DNA of 64,000 bases from Saccostrea cucullata (taxonomy: Eukaryota): assembly GCF_032062105.1 (NCBI RefSeq), contig NW_026938905.1, positions 1 to 64,000 on the forward strand, in the 5' to 3' direction. The notes beneath the pieces are model-generated. The model did no database searches. It worked only from the letters and a program-made list of their open reading frames with translations, and was not told where the DNA came from. Below are positions 45,595 through 58,086 of this stretch, piece by piece. The first letter of the stretch is position 1. Each line of letters starts with the position of its first letter. A program made the translations under genes and the position numbers.

Positions 45595-47241
45595 ATGGCA
45601 TGCGCAGAATGCAGTTCCGGTGACGTTGCTGAATGGACCTGCTTGACGTGCAGTGTTAGTTTGCATGACAAATGTATACAGAGTCACAAGGGAGACACAG
45701 CAGAAAAGACACATACGATCATACCCGGATTTGATGCCTGTGAGGAAAGTTCATTTTTCCAACAAAAAAAAATTGCTTTCAAAATTCCCAAAACTTATGC
45801 ATGTATCATATAAAAAAGTAAACATGTAGATTTTCAACATTGGGTACCTTACAAATTTTCCCAACATAATGTTGAAAAACAATAAGTATTAATTAAAAAC
45901 AAGCACTTTGTTAGTTAAGACGTAAATATATTGTTAATAAAAGTATTTCATATTTATCTTTTTATAATAAGATATTAGGAATACTTTAATCGTGTAAAAA
46001 TTGTCACTCTCATTAACTGTAGATTCATGTTTATCCTACCTTACATTGTAACTGTACGGACAGATCACTTTTTAAAATTGCATAAAACTACCCTTAAACT
46101 AGAATTATTTTGTGTATAGTGTTCAGACTTACCTAAAGAGTTTTGACACTCCCCATAAACTTTATGTCAATTCTAAGCTTATAGTAAAAGACAAATTATC
46201 GTCGACACATAAGGCCGTCATATAGCAGCAGATAACAAGTTTTCGTATTTATTTTTCGTGTAAAATAAGAGATAATGATGTATTTGGATTAATTTATAAT
46301 TTATATCTCGTTTCAGTGTTACATAGCCCTGTGGTCTCATCTCCTGCATCCAAACCAAGAATTGACAAAATATCTGTCACGGGACCCGGTGTAGCCCCAG
46401 AGGGTTTCTTAGGAGAATTCGACCCTACTTTTTATGTGAATACATACGGTGCTGGACAGGGAAGTCTAGGTGTAAGGATCAGGGGCCCAAAAGGTAAAGA
46501 TGATGAAACAATATACACAAAATCATCACAAAAGACAATATAAAGATATAATTAAATTTAGATCTGTTGAGATTCTGATTTTGCTCTGTCAACCTTAAAT
46601 CCTAGTTCCATCGCTCTACATGCTTGTTACAACTTCAGAGCTTCTGTGTCCATTTGTGGCTATGGGCTCCATGACAAACTGAATTTAATTTTTTTTACTG
46701 GCTGATTGCATCCACGTTTCTCGGGGAAAATAAAGCCTGATTGTTTCCCTTATCTCTTGGTCTATAACTTATATATAATTTTGGGGGTAACAAACAAATT
46801 CCATCATGTGCATTGAGAAGCCTTTGGACTGCTTACTTTCTGTTCACGTTTTACAGTCCAAGTTTGGATGCTTCTCAATATGACAAACTGACCAGAGCAA
46901 AATGAAGTTTGTCAGGGTTTCCAGAGCCACGATTGGACTCAGGAACCCTGACAGTTTGAGGACGTATATGTAAGACTGTTGCCCTCGAAATATCAACCAA
47001 AGAATGATACATTTCAGACGAGTATTCTATAGGCGTCACTCTTAATTCCTTTTATGATATGATATATCCCTTTTCAGCTGCTTTTAAAGTAAAAATGGAA
47101 CCAGACAAAGAAAAAAGGTCAACCATGATCTGTTCTTATGAGGCAGAGGAGGCAGGTGATTACGTCATTACTGTCACGTGGTGTGATATAGAAGTGAATG
47201 GATCCCCATTTACAGTTCATCTAGAAAAGAAGGAAACGTAA
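45595..47241 (+). CDS. Small protein with one B-box zinc finger and one filamin/ABP280 repeat (161 aa, 3 coding exons)
   Basis: Exons 45595-45739, 46317-46493 and 47078-47241, phases 1,1. B-box CAEC..AEWTCLTCSVSLHDKCIQSH..H. Filamin repeat VTGPG..FYVNTYGAGQGSLGVRIRGPK..CSY..EEAGDYVITVTW..VNGSPFTV. An in-frame TGA at 45571 lies upstream of the ATG. A likely 5'UTR exon ends at 45029 (G|GTAAGT) and splices to the acceptor before 45565. Confidence 0.82.
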
Positions 47242-47554
47242 CAAGATATATATGATCCCAGAGAACCACAGATTGCAACAAGATTCAAAGTGCGAAAATA
47301 CGTACAAATGAATGTGAAATCAAAAAGACAAACTCATCTTGTGGAATACACTTTAAACATCTTTGGTTTTTTTTTTTTGTTGTTTCTGTTTAAACGTTAT
47401 ACTAGGCAGACCTCCTGAAGGGTCTTGAACATTAAAACTCTGGTCTGTATGTTCAATTCATGTATGAATATATAATGTACTTTTTGAACTGTTAATATTG
47501 TTGATGTGGAAGAGTTACTTCCTACGTACACAATTGTTTTACCATGTTCAAATG

Positions 47555-47898
47555 GTAGCTATACTAGTGTGTATGAGGGTACTGTGAAAGGTACATGTAT
47601 AAAGCTTATGAGAGTACAATAGTAGCTGTAGCATTTCATGGTAAAGTGGTACATGTAGCTCTGTAGTGTATAGAAATAGCTATATCACATGCGGGTATAA
47701 TGGTAGATATAGCGTTTGAGGAGGTATTGGTATCTATAGCATTTGATGTTACAGCCGTAGCTATAACGTTTGATGGGACGGTGATAGCTATAGCGTATCG
47801 GGTTACGATGTTACACTGTAGCTATAGGGTATCGGGTTACAGTGGTAGCTATACAGCGTATAAAGGTACAGTGCTAGCTATAGAGCGTGTGAGAGTAC
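47555..47898. repeat. ~27-bp degenerate minisatellite, left part
   Basis: Consensus TACAGTGGTAGCTATAGCGTATGAGGG. Continues at 50829. Confidence 0.75.
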
Positions 47899-50828
47899 TA
47901 TGGAACGCCAACACTGCCTTATAGCATACAACTATGCATTTATTATGTCAATTTATTATTACGTGATGTGAACATATCTTTACGTTATGTCAATTTTTTA
48001 TGAGATTATGTAGAAATATCTTTACATCATGTCAATGCTGCATTACATGAAGTAAATACATCCTTTCATTATGTCAGCACTTCATAACTTGATGTCGAAA
48101 ATTCATTATGTGAAGTGATAATATGTTTACATTGTGTTAAAACTTTATTACGTGAAATGAATGTTTCTTTACATCATTTCATTTCTTTAATATGTGAGGT
48201 CAAAATCGCATTACGTCAAGTGAATTGTGTTTTATAATTAAACTTATCATTACATGAAGTTAAAAATCCATTCCTTTTTGAGAGTGTATATTTCTATTAT
48301 ATCAAAGCATTATTACATGATATGGGTTTTTCTTTATTTTTCGGCGAGAGCATCATGATGTGAGGTGAAAACATTTTACCTTTATGTCAGTGCTTTATTA
48401 CGTGGTGTAAAAAGTGTATGACATTATGTGAACATATCTTTATATTATATCAACACTTTATCACATTATGTCAAAACTCAATTCCGTGATGTGGATAAAT
48501 AATTACGTTATGTCAACTCTTTCTTATGTGATCTTAAAATATCTTTATATTGTGTTTACTCTTTATCATGTTGATTCCAAAAGTGCATTACCTGATGTAA
48601 AAATACATTTACAATTTCTCAAAGCTGTATATTTGGTATAAAATGAATGTTGACGACCGTGTTTTTATGACTGGTAAGAGGGGGGGGGGGTCCTGATTGA
48701 TTAGGAAGAATTACAGACACAAAATATCAGCCCCCCTCTTTTCCCAGACATAACTTTACAATAGAAAATGTAATGTTCATTGAAAGTACAGCCCCCACCC
48801 CCACTTTTTGTTGAATTTTAGTCCACTGAGGGTAATGTAATATATCTGACAAAAAAATTAGGACTGATCGAAGTTACCCCCCTCCCCGAAATAGGATTTT
48901 GGGCTTGGAGTGGACAATTATTTTTTTTGGCTTCTCAAGTTTTTTTTCGGGCGAATATTTTTTTCTGGCTGAAATTCTTTCGAAAAAAGATGATACGTCA
49001 CTGGAATTAGTAATTTTTTCAACCATTCCTGGGCCAGAATTCTATTATAAAAATCTACCAATCTCTCATCTAAATCAATTGAATATGTCTTAGTAAGCAT
49101 GCATGGGCACATATCAGTAGCGGATTTGAGAATCTTGAACAAAAAAAAATTGTCCAAGCCTGAAGGGGGACGGTTTATGGTTGGAGACCAAGGGGGAAAG
49201 CGGAGAAGCTCTCAGGCTTTATAGTTTTATAAAATAGTTTTCAACTTAATTCAGCTAAACTCAATGTAAACCTAATGCAATGTCCTACAAAGTAAAACCA
49301 ATAAATTTATTAATTTTATGTACATGTAGATTTTGGTCACTAGAGATGGTAACGGGATTTCCCCCTCCCCCAACCCACCCAGTGCACGTGTGTTATAACG
49401 ATGTGTTTACACTTAAAAAAAAGGAAAGTTCAAGACTGATAAAAAAAAACATATGACAATGTTCTAAGTAAGATCAGAAGTTTAAGACTTTTATCCAAAA
49501 AAAAAAAAACAAAAACAAACAAACAATTCAAAATACGAGTAAAAAGAAAAAAAAATTGCTGCACGACTCATAATATTTGATTTATTTAATTATCAGATTA
49601 AAGTAAACGCCATTGAATTTCGACGTGACTTTAATTCACAGTCGCAGTGTTAAGGCTTTGCACGTTTCAAGATTGTCAATCCTTTGTCGCTTAAAATTTT
49701 TATTTAAAGATGCCATTACCAAATCGCTGAGATTTCTTCTACGACAATTTTCTCTCCCGCCAATTTAGTGCTTGCGGAACGCGGAAAATACGTTATGCTC
49801 ATATAAAGGCCGAGGATACCCGTGTTCGCATAACGTAATAGTGAATCGACATAATGTAGTAGTGTAAGTTAATATCATAAAGAATTGACATAATGTAATG
49901 ATAGGTTAACACAATGTTATTGTTGTTTAATTAAATGTCATGAACAGTAAATACTAGTATAACGAAATGCAAGAATGTGTAAATGTCATAAAGTGTTGAC
50001 ATAATGTAAAGGAAGATTTACACGATGCAATAGTAGTGTGGGATAATATCATAAAGAATTGACACAATATAATGGAAGGTTGACACAATGCAGTAGTAGT
50101 GTGGGATAATGTCATAAAGAGTTGACATAATATAATGGAAGGTTGACATAATGCAATAGTAGTGTGGGTAAATGTCATAAAGAGTTGACATAATATAATG
50201 GAATTTTTGACACAATGGAATAGTAGTGTGAGTAAATGTCATATAGAGTTGACTTTATGTATTTAGGAAAGTTCACACAATGCAATAGTAGTGTGAGTAA
50301 ATGTCATAAAGAGTTGATATAATGTAATGGAAGGTTGACACAATGCAGTAGTAGTGTGGGTTAATGTCATAGAGAGTTGACATAATATAATGGAAGGTTG
50401 GCACAACGCAATAGTAGTGTGAGTAAATGTCATAAAGAGTTGACATAATGTAATGGAAGGTTGACATAATAAAATAATAGTGGAAGTAAATGTCATAAAG
50501 TGTTGACATAATGAAACCGAAGGTTGACACAATGTAATAGTAGTGTGAGTAACTGTCATATGGAGTTGACATTATGTAAAGGAATGTTCACACAATGCAA
50601 TAGTAGTGTGAGTAAATGTCATAAAAAGTTGACATAATGTAAAGGAAAGTTCACACAATGCTATAATAGTATGAGTTAATATCATGTAGAGTTGACATAA
50701 TGTAATAGAAGGTTGACAAAATGTAATAGTTGTGTGAGTAAATGTCATAAAGAATTGACATAATGTAATGGAAGATTGACGCAGTGCAATTGTTGTGTTC
50801 TGCTATAAGGCAGTGTCGGCGTTCCATA
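47899..50828. mobile_element. Foldback-like non-autonomous DNA element with ~28-bp TIRs, 6-bp TSD and inverted subterminal arrays
   Basis: TATGGAACGCCAACACTGCCTTATAGCA and TGCTATAAGGCAGTGTCGGCGTTCCATA (one mismatch). TSD GAGTAC at 47893-47898 and 50829-50834. ACATTATGTCAA-type repeats at 47930-48620 are mirrored by TTGACATAATGT repeats at 49845-50800. Confidence 0.85.
49960..50800. repeat. 63-bp tandem repeat (3 x 21-bp subunits), ~13 units
   Basis: AATGTCATA-type marker at about 49982, 50045, 50108, 50171, 50234, 50299, 50362, 50425, 50488, 50551, 50614, 50677 and 50740. Confidence 0.9.
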
Positions 50829-51630
50829 GAGTACAGTGGTAGCTTTAGCGTTTGATGTTTTAGTGGTAACTCTATGGTGTAAGTGTACAGTGGTAACTAT
50901 ATAGATTATTAGCATACATGGGTAGCTATTAAATAGTTTTTGGCGGTTCGATGCTAGCTATAGGGTACAGTAACTACAGTGTCGCTATATAGTGTATGGG
51001 GGTTTAGTTTTAGATTTAGCATAGGATGATATAGTGGTAGCTTATAACGTATGGGAGTATTATGACACATAGCAATATATATGTATAGGGATACAGTGGA
51101 AGTTGTAAGGTATTGGGTTACAGTGGTAGCTATATAGCGTATAAAAGTACAATTTTAGCTATAGCCTTTATGTGGGTAAAGTGTTAGCTATAAAGCGTAT
51201 TAAAGAACGGTGGTAGTGATAGCGTATATGAAGGTACAGTAGTAGCTATGGAATTTGAGAGTACAGTCACTACAGTGGTACATTGTATAGCTATAATAGG
51301 GTATGAGAGTATAATTTTGATATAGCGTAAGTTGCTACAGTGGTAGCTTATAGCATATGTGAGAATATTGTGATAGCAATATATATATAGTGTATAGGAG
51401 TACAGTGGTAGGTAAAGTGTATGAATGTACAGTGGCAGCTAATAGCATAGGAGGGTACAGGTAGTAATTAATAGGGTATGAGGGTACAGGTTATAACTGT
51501 TATAAATAGCGTACGAGAGTAAAATGTTTAAAGCATATGAGGGTACAGTAGTAGCTATAAAGCATATGAGAGTGCACTGGTAGCTAGCTAGATCAGCGTA
51601 TGTGATAAGTGGTAACTCTAGGGTATGCAA
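50829..51630. repeat. ~27-bp degenerate minisatellite, right part
   Basis: Same TACAGTGGTAGCTATAG consensus as 47555-47898. Confidence 0.8.
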
Positions 51631-54600
51631 AATTTTATAGAACGTGTTTAAAAATTCTCGAGACTCGAAGCCATAAATCCTGAAGGCGTATCTCATACTT
51701 TACGTTCAAATATGAAAAGACCAAAATATTTGACATTAATGAGGTGAACTTGATGCATCAAGCAAATAAGTATATCGGCAACTCAAATATTTACACCAAA
51801 AACTGACAGTTAATGACAATCTTCAGAGAAAGGGGAAGATGCTCGCTTATCAATTTGGCTTATGGGGACGATAATTTCGATTAGGGAGGAGGGGCTGTCA
51901 AAAAAAATTTCGAGTACAGTTTATTTGTTTTTAAAATTGTTAGACGCCCATTCAAACTCAAATGGTAGTCTCCTTAATAAATCTTTTCACAGCCTTAAAA
52001 TCTCAATAATCCGATCAGTTTCGTCAAATTTTATAAAACGATTGTTTTTTGTGCATTGTAAATCAGCATACACAGGAGTTTAACTGTTTAAAGGGATCCA
52101 AGGTGTATTTATTTATTTAGATCTTCACTTTTCACCTTTTCTTTTAATTTGATTTTCTTATTTTTCTTAAGCTCAAATCTAATATATGACTTCCATACTA
52201 ATTGCTTGAAAGAAACATTGTAATGTGGTCAATTAAATATGCATCCGTACTATATTCATTTATTAAATCAGGAGGTATGTAACATGTATATAGTGCCCAA
52301 GTACATCATCATTGGTCAGTCCAGCAAAAAAGTTGTTTTTGTGCTATAACGCCCGAGAGGTTGCGATTAGGATAACATTTAGATCCGCCCCTCGCAGTGG
52401 TTTGTCAATCTTTTCATCTGATTAATAAGTGCACAAAGCTATCGCATTCAGCTCCGTGTATTAACACAAACAAGGCCCTGTCGTGTCTTTTGTTATCTAT
52501 TTAAATGTCTTTTACAGAATTTAAGCTGTTTTCATGGTCTGCTGAACAATGTATATAAACTTTACCTACTTTAAATCTCCCCCTTCGGCGGTCCTCTGAT
52601 CTAAATATAGCACGTGTCAACGAGAGAAAATTACACCGCCTTTTACGAGCACACGTTGTGACATTGTCGATTTCGTACTGTATGTATGTCTTAGCAGGAA
52701 GTTGCATTTTTAAAGGAAGATGTAACGAACATGGAAACATGTTGATTTTTTTCAGAGGTAAGTTTTAGACAATTTAGAGCTTCACTTGTCGATTTCTTTA
52801 GACAGACATTGTTGACATTTTTTACACTCTTGACGGCTAGGATCGGGTTTGTACTATACACATCGGAAGTACATATAAGTGTTTCACCTGGGTTCGGTGC
52901 ATGTGTATAATCCAATCTCGTGCATGTCACTCTTAAATGTGGTTTTAACTGCTTGATAAAAGAACACTTTAACTCGATGATGTACTTTTGGGGCTAAGCA
53001 TTTTATATAAATACGTCAATTTCTCACCAATTTCTATTGTTTTGATAGTACTTCTTTCAGCAGCAATTCATCTTGTAATCTCAGTTGATTTTATCGTCTC
53101 TTTGGGCGTTTGGCATAGGACATGCAAACACCAACTATTTAGTACCCCTCCCCCCCCCCCGTTTTTCCCACCTGGAAAAGTTTAACCTATTGATTATTAC
53201 ACCTTGACTCCGTGTTGATGTTTTGACCACGACAGGAAAACAAACACTTGCAGACACTTTATCTTTAAGAGTGGCTTGAGTCCTTCTAGAGTATAAACGA
53301 GAAAAAAATGCAGTTGCCATGAAAACTCGTACACAAAAATACCCCCCCCCCACCCCCGGAAAAAGGAAAAGTATATACACAGTTTTCCCTGGCATCACAC
53401 ATCACACATAAGGGCGTGTTAAATTTACCTGACCACCTTTGTATGCGTGTACACACAATAGTGGTCACGTAAAATATTAGCAAAGTCCTGTGGCCTCATG
53501 CACAGGAATATAGAATTATCTGATATTAATAGTAAATTAGCTAGCATGTTTTAGTCGTTTCAGTTCAATTAGGTGCTTTCACAGCCACGTCCAACAGAGA
53601 TGGCGTGTTACATAATTTTCAGAATGATAGGAACTGTCTCTGTTTACAAAAAAATGTGAGATATTGGTTGACATAAAGGGGGAAAAGTCTAGCATTATAA
53701 ATTGCACTTAACAGGCAGAAAACAACGAACAACAGGGATTTAGTATGAACTATTACAATTCTGAGACATCTTGAGGGATAATAGCATTTATATTATTATT
53801 TTTTATTTATTTACTGACAAAACTTTGAAATATGTTTTGTAATATTCTAAAATCTACCTCTATAGAAATTTGAATTTGATCAATTTGAAAATTTATATAT
53901 GATAACTTTTAAAATTAAACAAATACGACATGTACATTTGATGGAAGATTCTACATGTATACGGAGAAAATCAATATAATAAGTCGAAATTTTTAGGAAT
54001 GCAATGATACGTAAAATAAATCAATAAATATTACATAAAAGATACACAGGTTTTAAAATCTAGTCACAAACAAGGAAAATAAAAGAAGCACTATATGAAG
54101 TACACATGTAGATATGTAGATTATGCATATTGTCTAGTTGAAGATGAATTCGTCTTAAATAAATATACTATGACATTTCAACATTAAAATGTGAATCACG
54201 TCTCAACACTTAGTACATGCATATGAATGCATCAAAAAGGGGTTTTGTATGAAGCAATGATCTCTCATGTGCTAAAACACAATGACTGGGGACCAAAAAA
54301 AAACTATCTTAAGTGTCACTCAAGTTTCTGTGTTAAAAAACAAAAAGAGAAGTGTGCTGTAGAAGAAAAGTAACATATTGATGTCCCTGAGAAGTTACTG
54401 CAACCAAAGGACAGTAAACATTTTATAGAATCAAAGTTTTTTTTTAAAGAAACATATTTCTTTGACAAAAATACTTAACTTTTTTCAAGTTACTTGGAGC
54501 GAATAGACAGAGGCTTGCTTTTAGAAATTATATAGTTCAATTAAAAAAAAAAGCAACGATTTGACGATTTCAAACCATGGCACCCCCCCCCTTTCACTCC

Positions 54601-56295
54601 TCTTGACCCCACGTTTGTATCAGTCCATTACTAAGAGAAATATTATTGAATACATGTAAATAAACTGTCTAATACAGAAATAAAGCGGTTAGAAGAAATA
54701 CATGAATAGCGTAATGTTCCTGATTTATATACTTATGTGTGTGTGTTGTACTAGGGCGGGAGGGCACTGCATTAATTAGTTCTGTTTATTCGGATATAAC
54801 ATTGATTTTGTATGCACATTTTGGTTTTCTAGGGTGATAACAATGTTATGACGCAGACCGTTCAAGCCCTCGGCAAAATAGCTAGAGTGTAAAAAGGTAC
54901 ACAAAAGGTCGAAAGTTATGAAACCTAATTTTCGTAGAGATATTTTTATTTTTTAAAATTGAAGCATTTGTACCGAATCTTTCTAAGTCAAGACGCCGAC
55001 ATTAAATTTGCATAAGCAGTACATTTTAATACGTATCTAATTCCTCGGTGTTGTAATATTTGAAGGAATGCAGTTCTTGAATTTTATAATTCATGTTTTA
55101 TATCGTACTTATAGATTATAAATTAAGGTCAAGTATAGAAGTTCACCTAAAAGATCTAGTTCTGCACTTTCATTTATCTTTTGTATCACTAAGGGAGAGG
55201 GGGGGGGGTTCAACAATTTTAATTACAAATTAATTCATCTACTTCGCAGTTTGATTTACGGCTTTGTTTATCAGTTCATCAAGGACGATTTTCTGTCGCA
55301 AAATATTATACCACTCAATCTGTACAGATGTCCCAGAATAAGAGATTGTCATAATAAAACCCACAAAAAAAGTACCTGACTGAGTAAATTGAAACAATGT
55401 CAATAACTTCCAGGAATATGAACATTTTTTTTTTTCAATTCAAAAATTGAAACTGTTTTACGATATGACTGAGTAAAAAAAAAAACCAAACAAACACAAA
55501 ACAAATTCGTGCATTGCCCATTGCTTAAATTGAGTTAAGAATAAAATTTAAAAAATAATTCCCCGGTATTTTGTACCTCATTTGCTCAAACACCCGGCAT
55601 GCCCTGGTAGGGGCATAGTCTCTAAAAAAAAACATGTTTTCAGGAAACTAAAGGAGGGAACCAACACGATAAACAACATAAAGTCCGCGTGCGTTCGTTA
55701 GGCACTTAACATGAGGATGAGGAAATGAAATAAAGCATCCTGTTTTTGTTTATACATGTAGTTTGCCTGTGATATGCATTTTTAATAAATAATATAAAAT
55801 AAAATGTACAAGAGGGATTGACACAGTTAAAACGTACTTCTTCCTGGAAAGCTATTCACTTGGTTTATTTTCGTTGAGGAAATTCGGTCAAAATCTTGGT
55901 TGAACATCGTATTTGTGTTAAGGAACTTTGAATAGTTTTCTGTCTTTCTGATTCAAATGTAAGATATTATCGTTTTTCCTTGTATTGGCTGGTAAGGATT
56001 GCGGATAGACCTTTCAAAAATATAGGTTTTTGTTTGTACTAACACATTGACAATGATTGTAATGATTGAATGACAATTTATCAGGTTGTCAACTTATTTG
56101 TTAAATGAAGTTTTGGCTTTTATACCACATAAATCAAACAATCTATTTTGTTTTACGAAGTATTCTTGATAAAGCATTGCAATTTTAAAACCTTGTCCTT
56201 CTTATTTTTCAGAGATTGAAAGTACACAGTATAAAAGAGGCTGGGATCTTTGAGAAACATGTGACCAGAGAAGAAAGTATAACGAGATAACCAAT

Positions 56296-58086
56296 ATGGC
56301 GTCCAAACATTCAGAATCCGCGCTAAACAAGGTCTACCTTGACCTGCTGTGTGATTCTATGAAGAGACTCTGGACAACGGGTGACCACTCTGACGTAACA
56401 ATCGAGGTCGGAGAGAAAACGTTTAAATGTCACAAAAGCATCCTGGCTTCGATGTCACCATATTTTGACGCCATGTTTAGTTCGGGTATGCGCGAAAGCC
56501 TAAGTGGTCAGGTAACGTTTCCGGAGATGGATCCCGATCTCTTTGAAATCGTTTTAGGCTTTATGTATACAGGCAAAGCTGAGGAAGTAATGACAACGGA
56601 AAACGCAGTGGAACTGTTACACATTGCGGCTGTCTTACAAGTCAAAGCTCTTCAGGGAATTATCGAAGAGTTCCTACATCCACACCTAACTAACGAAAAT
56701 TGTCTCAAGGTTTGGCGCCTCTCCGTTCTTCACGACTGTCATACTCTGACGGAAAAGTCTGTCCAGCTAATAGCTCGGAACTTCCAGGAAATTATAAAGA
56801 CTGAAGAATTTTGGGACTTGGACGGACGTGAAGTGGCGTCCATCATTAAAGAAGACACGTTGGACATTGACCACGAGGACCAGCTATGTGACCTCGTCAT
56901 CAAATGGATTGAAAGGGATGTGGAAAAGCGGAAAGAAAGCTGTGGTATTTTGTTTGAACAGATTCGACTGGCTTTCCTCACGCCAGAGTATTTAGTGAAC
57001 TTAGAAGAAAAACACGAATTTTTGAAAGAAAATCTAGCATGTATGAAATTTATTAATGATGCAAAGTCGTTCAAACTCTTACCCGCCCGCCAACAGGAAG
57101 CCCAAGGAAAGCAGACGTGTCTGCGTCTGACTGCCAATCAAGAAGAGGTTCTCGTGCTACTGGGTGGCTGTGAATCGACCACGCCTCCATATGTGCGTTC
57201 CTTAACTGTGATATGCTACAGTTTCTACAGAAAAGAGTGGTTCAATATTGCGCCTCTTCCTTATGATCCAGGAATCGAATTCGCCTCGTGTACATATCAA
57301 AACGACATATACATCAACGGGGGCGGATCAATGCAGAAGTGTTTATTGTGGTACGACAGCAGCAAGAACAAGTGGCTCCAAAATAATTGTATGGCGTATG
57401 GACGACGTAGACATGCGATAGTCGCCGTCACGGGGGCGCTTTACGCTATCGGTGGCTATGACAACAAGCTTGACGACGGACACCGGATGTTGTCAAGCAT
57501 TGAGCGCTACATCATTCAGGAGGACGAGTGGGAGCCGGCGGGAGACCTTCCCATTGCCGTCAGCTCCTTCTCTGCAGCCGTAGTGGGCGAGTCCATTTAT
57601 ATATTCGGAGGGGAGAAAAACGACCGGAAGGACACAGCGTTCATTCAGTGTTACGAAACTCGCACACGACAGGCAACGAAAGTAGACGCCAAAATCCCGA
57701 TGGCGTGTAAACTGACGAAATCTATCACATGTGACAAACGCATTTTTCTAATTTTCTTCGATGGACGGGTTGTAGAATTTGTTAAAGATAGAAAAGACAC
57801 GACCAAAAAGCCATTCTGTCGGACGGTTGGTCGCCTCACGGCATTTCAGCGCATTCATTTTGGTGTCATACAACATCGTGGTAATGTCATTGTACTAGGC
57901 GGCGAGATCGACAACGCGACTCTCTGTAGTGACCTCATTATGTTTGACCCCTCAACTACCGGATGTACGAAACTAAGGGATACGCTACCCAAACCGAGGC
58001 TCATTGACGGTTGCGTGAAGGTAGCCATTCAGAAAAAATACCTTCAAACGCTTAAAGAGGATTCCCCAAAATCATCACGAAGATGA
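56296..58086 (+). CDS. Kelch-like protein (BTB-BACK-Kelch, KLHL24-like family), single coding exon, 596 aa
   Basis: BTB SDVTIEVGEKTFKCHKSILASMSPYFDAMFSSGMRES. BACK ENCLKVW..EDQLCDLVIKW..QIRL. Kelch blades LLGG, INGGG, AIGG, IFGG and VLGG. Splice acceptor TTATTTTTCAG| at 56212 in the 5'UTR. Confidence 0.95.
   Translation: MASKHSESALNKVYLDLLCDSMKRLWTTGDHSDVTIEVGEKTFKCHKSILASMSPYFDAMFSSGMRESLSGQVTFPEMDPDLFEIVLGFMYTGKAEEVMTTENAVELLHIAAVLQVKALQGIIEEFLHPHLTNENCLKVWRLSVLHDCHTLTEKSVQLIARNFQEIIKTEEFWDLDGREVASIIKEDTLDIDHEDQLCDLVIKWIERDVEKRKESCGILFEQIRLAFLTPEYLVNLEEKHEFLKENLACMKFINDAKSFKLLPARQQEAQGKQTCLRLTANQEEVLVLLGGCESTTPPYVRSLTVICYSFYRKEWFNIAPLPYDPGIEFASCTYQNDIYINGGGSMQKCLLWYDSSKNKWLQNNCMAYGRRRHAIVAVTGALYAIGGYDNKLDDGHRMLSSIERYIIQEDEWEPAGDLPIAVSSFSAAVVGESIYIFGGEKNDRKDTAFIQCYETRTRQATKVDAKIPMACKLTKSITCDKRIFLIFFDGRVVEFVKDRKDTTKKPFCRTVGRLTAFQRIHFGVIQHRGNVIVLGGEIDNATLCSDLIMFDPSTTGCTKLRDTLPKPRLIDGCVKVAIQKKYLQTLKEDSPKSSRR

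Noticed and set aside
49954-50572. ORFs with 21-aa repeats (MTFTHTTIALCQPS.. and MSTLYDIY.HYY..)
   Set aside because: By-product of a 63-bp repeat (a multiple of 3) inside a TE; frames are broken at about 50250.
52501-53483. Cluster of short ORFs between the minisatellite and the Kelch gene
   Set aside because: No domain motifs or consistent splice chain; the frames I translated are interrupted by stops.
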